From Anolis carolinensis (Eukaryota), in the NCBI RefSeq assembly GCF_035594765.1, contig NC_085842.1, positions 17,398,782-17,462,781 on the forward strand: a stretch of 64,000 nucleotides of DNA. The letters run 5' to 3'. Positions 17,400 through 29,169 of the stretch are shown one piece after another; positions within the stretch are counted from its first letter, which is position 1; each line of letters opens with the position of its first letter. The notes under the pieces were generated by a model. That model had not been told where the DNA came from and ran no database searches. It worked only from the letters and a program-made list of their open reading frames with translations. The translations under genes and the position numbers were made by a program.

Positions 17400-17900
17400 G
17401 CACAACAGCGGGGAAGGTCCCGAGGGAGGAAGGGAGGGGCCGAGCAGGGGCTTCTCTCCCGAGTCTCCCCTCCAGGCAGAACGCAGACCCTGCCGGACAA
17501 AGGCCTGGCGGCATCCCGGGTGGGTGGTGCGTGGAGGGAAGCGGGCAAGGGATCCCGAGGGAGAGGCAGGAGGTGGGCCGTGGCTCTGGCTGAGGGGCGG
17601 AGGAAGGGGCCGGGAAAGCAGTCTCTCCCTCGGGGCCAGGCCTGGGCACACTCACCGGCTGCGGGGCGAGAGGCTCCGGCCCTGAGGAGGGCGAGGCTGA
17701 GGGAGTCGGAGCCCCCAACACACCCACCGAGGGAGGGCCAGGCCTGGCCAAGATGGCGCCCGAGCCCAGGCTCCTCTCCTCCAAAAGGGACCTCGGGAGG
17801 AAGTGCGTCACGGCCTCCTCCCCTCTGAGCACTTCCTGCCTCTCTAGGAAGGGAGAGCCTCTCGCTCTACTTCTGCCCGGTCTCAAGGAGGGGGCTGCAG
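17400..17900 (-). promoter_or_regulatory. Duplicated CpG-island promoter/exon 1 (donor after 17656), orphaned from its own coding exons
   Basis: Paralog of 9122-9540 and 54640-55130; YY1 motif at 17749-17760, ETS/CRE motif, CCG|GTGAGT donor. Confidence 0.7.
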
Positions 17901-17928
17901 GGAAGGCGCCCCAAAAACTACGTTAATA

Positions 17929-18251
17929 CAGTAGAGTCTCACTTATCCAACATTCGCTTATCCAACGTTCTGGATTATCCAACTCATTTTTGTAGTCAAT
18001 ATTTTCAATACATCGTGATATTTTGGTGGTAAATTCGTAAATACAGTAATTACTATGTAGCATTACTGCCTATTGAACTACTTTTTCTGCCAAATTTGTT
18101 GTCTAACATGATGTTTTGGTGCTTCATTTGTAAAATCATAACCTAATTTGATGTTTAATAGGCTTTTCCTTAATGCCTCCTTATTATCCAACATATTCAC
18201 TTATCCAACATTCTGCCGGCCCGTTTATATTGGATAAGTGAGACTCTACTG
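17929..18251. mobile_element. Tc1/mariner-type MITE
   Basis: TIR CAGTAGAGTCTCACTTATCCAA / TTGGATAAGTGAGACTCTACTG, TA TSD. Confidence 0.9.
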
Positions 18252-18357
18252 TATTTATATTTTTAGGTGTTCTTCATTGTATGAGTTTTAATGTTAGCTG
18301 CTTTGAGTTTCTCTTTAGAGGGAAGATGTGAGATATAAATAGTATTACTACTACTAC

Positions 18358-18682
18358 TAGGTAAAGGTTTCCCCTGACATTAAGTTCAGTCATGTCTGAC
18401 TCTGGGGGTTGGTGCTCATCTCCATTTCTAAGCCGAAGAGCCGACGTTGTCCGTAGACACCTCCAAGGTCATGTGGCCACTGGCATGACTGCATGGAGCG
18501 CCGTTACCTTCCCACCGGAGCGGTAACTATTGATCTACTCACATTGGCATGTTTTTGAACTGCTAGATTGGCAGAAGCTGGAGCAACAGCGGGCGCTCAC
18601 TTTGCTCCTGGGATTTGAACCTGGGACCTTTCGGTCTGCAAGTTCAGCAGCTCAGCGCTTTAACACACTTCGCCACCGCGGC
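18358..18682 (-). mobile_element. Sauria SINE (duplicate at about 55592-55916)
   Basis: Same body as 9867-10180. Confidence 0.8.
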
Positions 18683-19079
18683 TCCTCCTCCTCCTCCTAC
18701 TACTACTACTAATAATAACAATAATAATAATTACTCCTCCTATCTGAGAAATATGGTCACAGGCTTTGAGCAATTTGGTGAAATTTAGCCACGTGTTTAT
18801 AGCCAAAGCATTCATTGAGTTAAATCCTCATAGAATTGGAAGCGACCTCTTGGCCATCTAGTCCAAACCCCTGCCTTGCAGGAAAAGCACAAAGCATCCC
18901 TGGCAAATGGCCATCCAGCCTCTGTATATAAGCCTCCAAAAAAAGAACTTCCACCATACTCCGAGGCAGAGAGTTCCACTGTTGAACAGCTGATAGGGTC
19001 AGGAAGTTCTTCCTAAAGTCCAAGTGAAATCTCCTTTCCTGCTATTTTAACCAATTACTCTGAGCCCTAGTTTCCACTG

Positions 19080-19350
19080 TGACACTGAGTCCTTGGATAC
19101 TTCCTCATTCCAAATGCTGGTGGGCGATTTTTATGGTGTCATAAATTAAATTATCCTCCCCGCATAAGCGGTACCTAAATTCCTAGTTGATAGATGCAAC
19201 TATCTTTCGGTTGCTTAGGTCAACAACGAGCAGGGCTACTTTTTAATAGTCGGGGGCTCACTCCGACACGGGCTGGCTTTGAACTCATGACCTCTTGGTC
19301 ATAATGATTTATTGCAACTGGCTACTAACCAGCTGCACCACAGCCTCACC
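19080..19350 (-). mobile_element. tRNA-derived SINE (duplicate at about 56314-56585), flanked by CR1 fragments 18830-19075 and 19365-19600
   Basis: Minus strand has a Pol III box A TGGTGCAGCTGG and box B GAGTTCAAAGCC. Confidence 0.65.
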
Positions 19351-20251
19351 CCTACTACAGAATCTTTCATGGTATTGATGGCGGGTGGAATGTAAGGTAA
19401 TGGTTTGGATCCCCATTTTCCCTTCTTGAAGATAGGAACATTTGCCCTCCTCCAGTCTGCTGGGACTTCTCTCGTTCTCCAAGAATTCTCAAAAATTACT
19501 CCTAATGGTTCCGAAACAACGTCTGCTAGTTCCTTCAATACTCTGGGGTGTAGTTCATCTGGCCCTGGAGGTTTGAATTTGTCTATAGAGTAGCCAGGTA
19601 AACTACTTCCTTACATATTTTGGGTTGCATGTCCCCTTTTGCATCATCCGCCCCATACTGTCTCCTCTGCATTCTGCTTTCCACTCGCTTCTTTTTTCAA
19701 TGGGCCACAGATGTTGGGGTGGAGCAGTAGGTTTAGAGCCAAATGACTCACTGAGATAAATCTATGCCAATCTAAGGCGTTGAATAATTTCAAGTCATTT
19801 CCGTATCATGCCAACTCCATCACAGGATTTTTATGGCAATATTTGTTCAGAGGGGTTTGCCATGGCTGAGAGTGTGTGGCTCATCCATGGTCAACCAGTG
19901 GGTTTTGATGGCCAGCCAGAACCTTGGTCTGCAGAGTCATAGTTATGCGCTCAAATCCACCGCACAACACTGGCTTCATTCTACACAGAAGGAAATCTGA
20001 ACCCATTTTGAATACATAATTGGATTTGTTACTTATCCACTGCTAGGCAATTGGAATTTAGCTTTGAATATACATCAAATATATTTGAATAGTTTTAAGT
20101 GTGAATCTTTTCAAGCTGTTTATATTTAATTTTGTTTTGATACCTGCATATTTGTTTGTTTTGAATGGTGTGCTAACTCCATTCCAGTTCTCTCTTTCTT
20201 TCTATCTGTCTTTATAGACCACACGCACCCTATTCTAACAAAAACAGTATA

Positions 20252-20465
20252 CAGTGTTCCCTCACTTATCACAAGGGTTACGTTCCAGGACCACCTGTGA
20301 AAAGTGAAAATCTGCGAAGTAGGGACATTATATTTGTGTTGTTTTCAATCTCACCGATCCTGCCCGACTGTGTTGTTTACAATCTCACGAAGCTGCTTCA
20401 GCCTCCCTTTCTCTCCCTTCGGCTTCTTCGCGAAAAGCAAACTGCAAAGTAGTGAGGGAACACTG
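20252..20465. mobile_element. Tigger/pogo-type MITE (duplicate 57499-57712)
   Basis: TIR CAGTGTTCCCTCACT / AGTGAGGGAACACTG, TA TSD. Confidence 0.85.
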
Positions 20466-21133
20466 TACATCCTAAGACAGGATCTGTGAGTATTCCACCT
20501 GAAAGCACCTCATCCTTCATCAATAGCCTTTCAAATTAATACCAACCACCATTAAAAAAAAATCAGGTTGTTTGAAGAGCAAGTAAATTGAGTCATGCCG
20601 AGAATGATGAAAAGCAAGAGAAAGCAGAGGACAGGTGCCAATAATTCACAAAAGCTTAGTTGAACAGATCCTATATATTAGGGTAGTCTTTCCCAATATG
20701 ATCGTTTCTAGACATGTTACATTACCAATGTCCCTTGCAAAATCTTAATAGATTGTTTTCTAGTCAGTCTGGAGTAAAGATCAAGGTTGAGGAAAGTTGC
20801 TTTAAAGGACAAGAGCAATACTAGTTATTAGTTGCCACAACTACTGCACTTTATCACACTCCACTCTTATTAATTGAACTCTGTAATGAGATCCTTAATT
20901 CCCTCTTGTAGAATCTGCTGAATTTTATCTTACAGTTTGTATATTATGTTCAGACTCTAATGTTATGTTTTGATGTTGATGTTTTATGCTGGTTTGTATG
21001 TTTATACTATTTTACTTGTTTTACATTGGTTTAATTATGCTGTGTTTTATTGTATGTTGAAACTGGGCTTGTCCCCCATGTGAGCTGCCCCGAGTCCCCT
21101 CTGGGGAGATGGGAGCGGGATATAAAAATAAAG

Positions 21134-21179
<46 letters not shown>

Positions 21180-21181
<2 letters not shown>

Positions 21182-21762
21182 TGTATGACACAGCAAACAA
21201 GATAGATATGCTGGATTTCGTATCACAAAATCACAAATCGAACACTTCCCAAGTGTCTAGGACTGTGTAATGTATTTTCGGATGATGCGCGCAGATCCCA
21301 GTAGGGTGGCCTTTTGCAGTTGACAGATCGTAATTTTGTCAATGTCTATTGTTTCCAAATGCTGGCTGAGATCTTTTGGCACGGCACTCAGTGTGCCAAT
21401 CACCCCCAGGACCACTTGCACTGGTTTCTGCCAGAATCTTTGAAGTTCAATCTTGAGGTCCTGATAGCGGCTAGGTTTTTCCTGTTGTTTTTCGTCAATG
21501 CGACTGTCACCTGGGATGGCAACATCAATGATCCAAACCTTTTCCTTTTCCACAACTGTGATGTCTGGTGTGTTTTGTCCCAGAACTTAGTCTGGATTTG
21601 GAAGTCCCACAGTATCTTTGCGTGCTCATTTTCCATTACCTTTGCAGGTTTGTGATCCCACCAGTTCTTTACTGCTGGGAGGTGGTACTTGAGGCATAAA
21701 TTCCAATGAATCATTTGGGCCACATAGTTGTGCCTCTGTTTGTAGTCTGTCTGTGCGATTTT
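21180..21762 (-). mobile_element. Dong/R4-clade non-LTR element 3' end (restriction-like endonuclease), inserted in (TAA)n
   Basis: IHWNLC..Y..ENEHAKILWDFQIQT..PD..WIIDVAIP.D..EK..RYQDL RLE motifs; both flanks are TAA/TAT microsatellites, the known Dong target. Confidence 0.8.
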
Positions 21763-21768
21763 CTTCTT

Positions 21769-21799
<31 letters not shown>

Positions 21800-22772
21800 T
21801 TATTATTATTATTATTATTATTATATTAATACTAAGTGGGAATAACCTTATCTCCCTGTTTGAATGGATTAAATTTGCCTAATTAATTTTCAGCCACAAT
21901 ATTCCAAGCTCACAACTAACCAGATTCTTTCCTTTAGACCTGTGTAAACAGACTAAGAGCAAAATCATTCTGTTAATATCATAACATACAGAAGAGATTG
22001 AGAATTCTAAACAAGCCTTTTCTTCAGGTTAAACTAGATTTTCACCTACATATTTTAAGAAACACCATATTTTTTTTTACATTTAATACACACACAAACA
22101 CATCACTTATTGGATTTATTATTATTTATATGTTATAGATAGGACATGAAACATTTGCAGAAACCATTATGCATGAACAGATAGAAAACAGTTTATCAGT
22201 GATTCTTTCTTAGTTATTTCATACAAGAAAATTCAGTCCCACATACATATAACTACATGAAACACAGGGCTGTTAGTCATTAATTAAACCCATTCCCACA
22301 CTTCAAATCAAACATCTCAATTAAATGTATTTTAAACCCTGAATATACATGACAGGAAATATTTGCAGTAACTAATGTTCATGAATGGGTAAAAGAAAAC
22401 CTGAAATATCTTTCGTTTAGCTCTCAAAATATTATCACTTTTGCTTAATGAGATATTTCATCAAAGAAAATTGGTCAGATTATTACTTCCCCCAAAAGCC
22501 ACAGCTTTTTAAATCAGTGTTACCATAACTAAGATGCAAGCCACCTTTGATTTAAAACAAAGAAACTTCTCTTTACCCCATTTCTTTCGTATGGGTTGAC
22601 AATTAAAAACAAGGCTTGTCTTTCAACTGCAGATCTTTGCACACTCCAGTTTTTCTCCACTGCGAGTTGCTTGATGTTAAACAAGGTATGATTTTCGACT
22701 GAAGCTCTTTCCACACTCTGAGCATTTAAATGGCTTCTCTCCTGTGTGAGTTGCCTAATGACTAATAAGTCT

Positions 22773-24433
22773 TCAATTTTGGTTAAAGCTCTTTTCATAC
22801 TGAAAGCATTTTAAAAGTTTCTCTCCTGTGTGAGTTGCCTGATGACTAATAAGGACGTCCTTTCGACTGAAGCTCTTTTGACACACTGAGCATTTAAATG
22901 GCTTCTCTCCTGTGTGAGTTGCCTGATGACGAATAAGGACTTGCTTGTGACTGAAGCTCTTTTGACACACTGAGCATTTAAATGGCTTCTCTCCTGTATG
23001 AGTGGCCTGATGATTATGAAGTGTTCCCTTCTGACTGAAGCTCTTTTCACACTGCAAGCATTTAAATGGCTTTTCTCCTGTGTGAATTGCCTGATGTTTA
23101 ATAAGTGTTCCCTTTTGACTGAAGCTCTTTTCACACTGCAGACATTCAAATGGCTTCTCTCCTTTGTGAGTTGCCTGATGATGGATAAGGTCTTGCTTGT
23201 GCCTAAAGCACTTTTCACACTGCAAGCATTTAAATGGCTTCTCTCCTGAGTGAGTTGCCTGATGAGAAATAAAGGTTCCCTTTCGACTGAAGAACTTTCC
23301 ACACTGCAAGCAATGAAATGGCTTTAATCCCGTGTGAGTTGCCTGATGACTAATAAGGCTTCCCTTTTGGCTAAAGCTCTTTTCACACTGCACACATTTA
23401 AATGGCTTCTCTCCTGTGTGAGTTGCCTGATGACTAATAAGGACGTGTTTTTGACTGAAGCTCTTTTCACACAGCAAGCATTTAAATGGCTTCACTCCTG
23501 TGTGAGTTGCTTGATGACGAATAAGGACGTGCTTGCGACTGAAGCCCTTTTTACACTGCAAGCATTTAAATGGTTTCTGTTCTGTGTGAGTTGCCTGATG
23601 ACTAATAAGGTTACTCTTTTGAGTGAAACACTTTTCACACACTAAGCATTTAAATGGCTTCACTCCTGTGTGAGTTGCCTGATGACTAATAAAGGTGCTT
23701 TTGTGACTGAAGCTCTTCTCACACTGCAAGCAATGAAATGGCTTCACTCCTGTGTGAGTTTCCTGATGACGAATAAGGATGTACTTGTGACTAAAGCACT
23801 TTTCACACTGCAAGCATTTAAATGGCTTTACTCCTGTGTGAGTTGCCTGATGAGCAATAAGGTTTCCCTTTTGGCAAAAGCTCTTTTCACACTGTACACA
23901 TTTAAATGGCTTCTCTCCTGTGTGAGTTGCCTGATGACGAATAAGGCTTCTCTTTTGACTGAAGCTCTTTTCACACTGCAAGCATTTAAATGGCTTCTCT
24001 CCTGTGTGAGTTGCCTGATGACTAATAAGGATGTGTTTGCGACTAAAGCTCTTTTCACACTGCAAGCATTTATATGGCTTTACTCCTGTGTGAGTTGCCT
24101 GATGAGCAATAAGGTTTCCCTTTTGACAAAAGCTCTTTTCACACTGTACGCATTTAAATGGCTTCTCTCCTGTGTGAGTTGCCAGATGACTAATAAGGTT
24201 TCTTTTATGACTAAACCTCTTTCCATAGTGCGAGCATTTAAATAGCTTCTCTCCTTTGTGAATTGCCCTGTGATGAACATAGCTTATCTTCTGAGAGAAA
24301 CTTTTTCCACATTCCAAAGATTTAAATGGTTCATCCCTTCTGTGAGTTTCTTGAGAAAAGGTGAGCGCTTCCTTACTATTGAAATCCATTCCATTTTCCA
24401 AATATTTAAACGGTGTCTCCTCTATTGGCATGG
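22773..24433 (-). CDS. C2H2 zinc-finger exon of gene B (3 degenerate + 16 intact + 1 truncated finger)
   Basis: 552-aa ORF of 28-aa repeats FKCxxCEKSFSxKxxLIxHQATHTG[EV]KP; polypyrimidine tract with AAG/TAG acceptors upstream. Confidence 0.95.
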
Positions 24434-27400
24434 CTTGAGAACAAGGGAAGGGTGAACATGTGTTGAAAAGAAAAGGTTATATTAAAGTTAAAATGTATAC
24501 CAGTAACAAAAGTGCATTTAGTCGCAACAGCCCTTTCCCACAGCCCTATCCAACACTAGATGCTAAAAGAAAAATATCTGTTTTGTTATTGCTCTAAATA
24601 TTACACCAGGATATAAGTCTCAAAGTAAATTATAATGCAACCAGGGAAGTGGAAAATAGAGTTGTTTTCTTTAGCCCTGGTTTCTCTGGCATTCCCTGTA
24701 CTTCTGGCAAGTAAGGTAAAAACCGTTGATGTGCCTGATGCCACAAAGGTAGGTGAACTTAACCTCATGGTATCAGGAAGCAGAACAAACAGCAGCATTC
24801 AAATTAGAAGCCAGAATTTGTTGCCATTTTTTAAAGAACTGAATGAACACGCACAGGACTGGAGTTTGACATTCTGTTTCTATTTTGTCATTCCTTATAT
24901 TATTGATTAAATGTTATTTCTACCACGAGAAATAACCCATGAGTCTTTTTCTAAAAAGCCCCAACCTATTTTTGATTTGCTTAACTTCAGAATGGGTAGA
25001 GGCATGAGGCAAAACCTATTTTTATATTGTTAGCTTTGCAAGCGTGCACTGGTATTTATTGTATTATTTTTTGTGTATGAAAAAATGATTACATACATAA
25101 ATCAAAGTGTGTATTTATGGATTGCAAAGGCTCCTAAATGGCTTGACAGAACTGGATCAAACTTGGTACATAAACCCTTCATGGACCAATTTAAAATACA
25201 GGCCACATTTTATTTAAAAAAGTCACTCCTCTTGGAGCTTTAGCCCCAAAGACTAAAATAGGTGTATATATAGAGGGAGAAAGAGGGCGCATGTATGTAG
25301 ATTCACTTCTCTTCAAGGCTTGGCATGTACAACCTCGCTCTCTCCTGGAGGCTGTACACATGAGCGGGAATGAACCTGACTAACTGAATTCTCACTAGAG
25401 AGTTGAAGGGGCCAAACAAAGGCCATCCCAGTTTGGACATCAACATGGGATATTGCACCTCATTGGAAAAGATAATAATGTTCTGCAAAGTGGAAAGAAG
25501 GAGGAAAAGAGAAAGGCTGAATTACAGTGGTTTGAGCCACTCAAGGAAACCTGCTTATGCGACAACTTGCTTTGGCAACCTTGGTTGGCGGCCCACAAAG
25601 GGACACAGACAGATGTGGAGAACGTGTCCCTATAGACTCCAATCAACATTTCAGCAGTTCTTAATAGCATCAACGATGGTATCCTTCCTTTGTAGATGGG
25701 AACTGGAGACATTTTATAGTGGCTCTTTTCCTTCCTGGAGAGGCAAACCCAGAAAGTGCTGATGGGGGATTCCTGTTCGATCCCTTGCCCATTGACTGTG
25801 GGATCCCCCGGGCATCTGTTTGTCCCCTATGTAATTAACAGATACAGGAGAGCTCATCCAGAGTTCTGGAGTGTGGTGCCATCTATGGGCAGATGACGCC
25901 AAGCTCTACTCCTCCTTTCCAACTAAACCAATGTCTCTCACCAGTAATGGGCTGGAGGGGGCAAATTGAAACTTAATCCAGAACAGACAGAGGTGCTACA
26001 GGTCAGTCAGAAGGCAGATTAAGGGAATATTCAGCCTGTTCCACAGTTTGGGGGGTTACTCCATGGCCAGGAGTGCCTTGCACATTACAAATTTTTGCAC
26101 CTACTGCGCCTATTCCTTGAGAGGCCAAATCTTCCCCTGATGTTGTTGAAGGCTTTCATGGCCGGGATCACAGGGTTGTTGTATGTCTTTCGGACTGTGT
26201 GGCCATGTTCCAGAAGTATTCTCTCCTGACGTTTCGCCCACATCTATGGATGCCTGCCATAGATGTGGGTGAAACGTCAGGAGAGAATACTTCTGGAACA
26301 TAGCCACACAGCCCAAAAGACATACAACTTCCCCTGGTGTTACATGTCTTTTATATCCCATCTGGATTATTATAATACACTCTACCTGGGGTAGCATTTG
26401 AAGATTTTTAAAACCTTTAGGTGGTCCAAAGAATTGCAGTCACTGTTAATTAGGTCTGGTAACAGAGAGAACACAAGTCATTATTGGGCTTTATATCGGG
26501 ATACATTTGTACCAAGTTCAGAAATTCCAGTTGTTTCAAAATACGGCAGCCTCTTTCGTTGCAGGAAGATCCAGGAGCGAACATATTACACATATCCTAA
26601 TGCCACTCCACTGGCTACCAATTAGACTCTGGGCAAAGTACAAAGTGTTGGTTGTGACCTTTACAGTCCTACATGATTTGGGTCCAGGTTACCTACAGGA
26701 ATGCCTTCTCCCGTACTATCAGCCCCAAACACTTAGGTCCTCTGGGGGGGCGTCTGCTCCAGCCTGCCAGAAACCGACTGGCATCCTCCATCCAGAGGGC
26801 CTTTTCATCGGCCACCCCAAGACTGTGGAATTACCTGCCATTAGAGCTCCAACAGCTAGATTAGCTATTTAAATTTAAGACACAAGTGAAGACCTATCTC
26901 TTCCAGGAGGCCTACCCAGACAGTTCTAATGATGGATTTTAAATTTCAACTCCACGTCTGTTTTTTCTGTATTTCAATATATTTAAATATGTGTTTTTAA
27001 ATGATTATGTGTTTTGATTATGTGTTTTAGCGATGTTGTAATCCACCTCAAGCTGTGAGGAGAGGCGGGTAAGAAATAAAATAATAGTACTAATTATTAT
27101 TATTATTATTTACAGCCATGGTTCCACTGGCTGCTAATTTTTCCCCCAGACACAATTCAAATTGGTGGTTATGACCTATAAAGACCTCAGGTTCAGCCTG
27201 TTTGATTGTATCTCCCTATACAAACCTACCTGGGCACTACAATCCTCAAGAGAAGCACTTCTCTTACTCTCACCAACATCACAACCATGGTCTAGAATTA
27301 ATCTAATGTGGCAACTCCACCCAAGTGCCAATAGTTTTCTTGGGCTGGCCCCTATATGGATATGGAATGAGCTTGTTTTCTATGGCTTCAGAGGAAGAGA

Positions 27401-29131
27401 TCTGAAACACTAGATAATTCTGAGAACTTGTAAACTGATTTGGTTAACTACAAGCATAATGGAGCTTTACCCAGGGATGACACAATCCCTAAATTCTCTT
27501 CCATGATTTGCTGGTGCAAGGCTTTTTGGCTTGGATCCAAGAGGGCCCACTCCTCCTCTGAGAAATCCACAGACACATCTTCAAATATCACCTGAAGACA
27601 AAAAAAAAAGTTATCTGCAAGGAGAAAATGCCAACTAAGTCAGAAAATGATTTACGTCTTTGAGTCAGACATTCATAGAAAGCACCTTGGATTGAAGGAA
27701 TGTAGAAGAAAGAGGTTCATTTAGAGGCAGGACAATAGTCAAGGGACAAGGAGACTCGTCTTCCCCTCCCCTCCACGGATCCTGCTGCCTACCTGATCTG
27801 ATCCTGCAGAATCGCTTCTTAGAAAAGAATCATGGAAAGTTGTGCTACTATCAATTCCCCATGTTTCACTGCCTGTGAAAGAGAGGAAAGACTTCAGGGA
27901 GAGTGAGACTGGTCCCTTTTCCAGGCTGCCCCAGTTTCTTCCCTCGGAAGCCTGCCACTCTCCCCTTGCCCCATGGCCCTCTTTGGAACACCCTCATTAG
28001 ATTTGGGTCTTTAATGTGGACTATTTTGTTTTACGGGGATAGTATGACATAATCCAAGGAAACGTAGAGGGTTGACTGTATTAGGTTCTGTATTTGTGCC
28101 AATGTAGCCAAGAGCATATTTACCACCATAAATATTCCGAGAGAAGCAAAGGAATCAAGTAACTTTGAAAGTGGCACAAATAAGAATTGTAGGGAAATGT
28201 CTCCTGTCAGCAGCATTCTTAAGCTCCCAGGCTCCCCCTTGTTCCCAATTCACACAACTCAGACATTTCAGGTCTACTCAAGAGGAGTTGAGAGAGCAAA
28301 AAGGACCACCGCTATCCCTTACCGGCTATGATATATTCTCCTTCTCCAATATGGACGAGCCAAATGTGTGAAACAGATTCCTCCCCCTGGTTGGTTTCAT
28401 CTGGAAAAGAGTCCTGCACCTGAACAAGCAGCACAAATCACAAAGAAAAAGAAAGATTAGAAAAGGAAGGAGGGCTGTCTTTCTGTTCCAGACCGCTTGG
28501 ATTATGGTTGAGACCCAAGACTTCTTTATTTGGTAGGACAGTCCATCTTTCCATGATTTTGGTGTGGAAATTCAGCCTTCGTTTGGGCATTGCACTCTGC
28601 TTCAGGACTCGATCTGAAGGGAAAGGGCTACTACTGAGTTGAAAGAAGTATTTTATGTCATCCAGGGGTTGTAATTTTGGGCTGCCCTTAGGGGGCTCAT
28701 GGACTAAGTAACCTAAGTCTGTGGATCTGTGCTTTCAGTGCCTGTCGAGTTATCTCTATCTGTGAAGTACATCGTTTCTTAGGGAAAGAATATTCAGAAG
28801 TTGTTCCATCAGTTGCTTCCTCTTAAATACACACCACTGGAATTCTCAGTATGTTCTTTTTAATCTTCCAAGTTTACCATCCTGTAACTTCAGATCATTA
28901 CCCCTGGTTATACCACCCTATGGAATGGAAATGACTGCCCCCTCCTCTCCATGAGAGCCCTTAGGGGATGCAAAGGCGCCAGTCTCTTTTTCATGGTGAA
29001 CAAACTTGGGTCCTCCTTTCCTAATGCTTCTCTGAACTCATTCCAACTAGTATGAATTATTCTTAAAGTTAGTTTTCCAGAACGGAATTCTTCAAAACAA
29101 TTATTCTTGGTTCCTTGAAACAACAAGATGA

Positions 29132-29169
<38 letters not shown>

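Larger units (their letters stand above)
11428..17900 (-). pseudogene. 'Ghost' ZNF gene copy retaining only promoter/exon 1 and intron pieces
   Basis: The junction at 13270-13274 joins post-KRAB intron (homologous to 100-170) to pre-SCAN intron (homologous to 2722 onward). The junction at 11428 joins sequence homologous to 19809 with sequence homologous to 25571/43156, skipping the ZnF exon. Confidence 0.7.
13270..26734 (+). repeat. Segmental duplication, copy 1 (copy 2 = 49785-64000)
   Basis: Collinear near-identical sequence with offset about 37.24-37.27 kb; identical ORF tracks and shared TE insertions. Confidence 0.95.

Noticed and set aside
19270-19350. tRNA gene
   Set aside because: A and B boxes belong to a SINE head; there is no cloverleaf.
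22773-24431. 84-bp periodic repeats as a CRISPR array or satellite; PRDM9 identity
   Set aside because: The repeats are coding C2H2 fingers in eukaryotic DNA. No PR/SET or SSXRD exon is visible and the genes carry SCAN, so they are not PRDM9.
22811-24455. Overlapping alternative-frame and antisense ORFs (MSCLMTNK..., [12 protein letters not shown]...) here and at 41170-41828 and 59795-61721
   Set aside because: Shadow frames of the repetitive zinc-finger exon.
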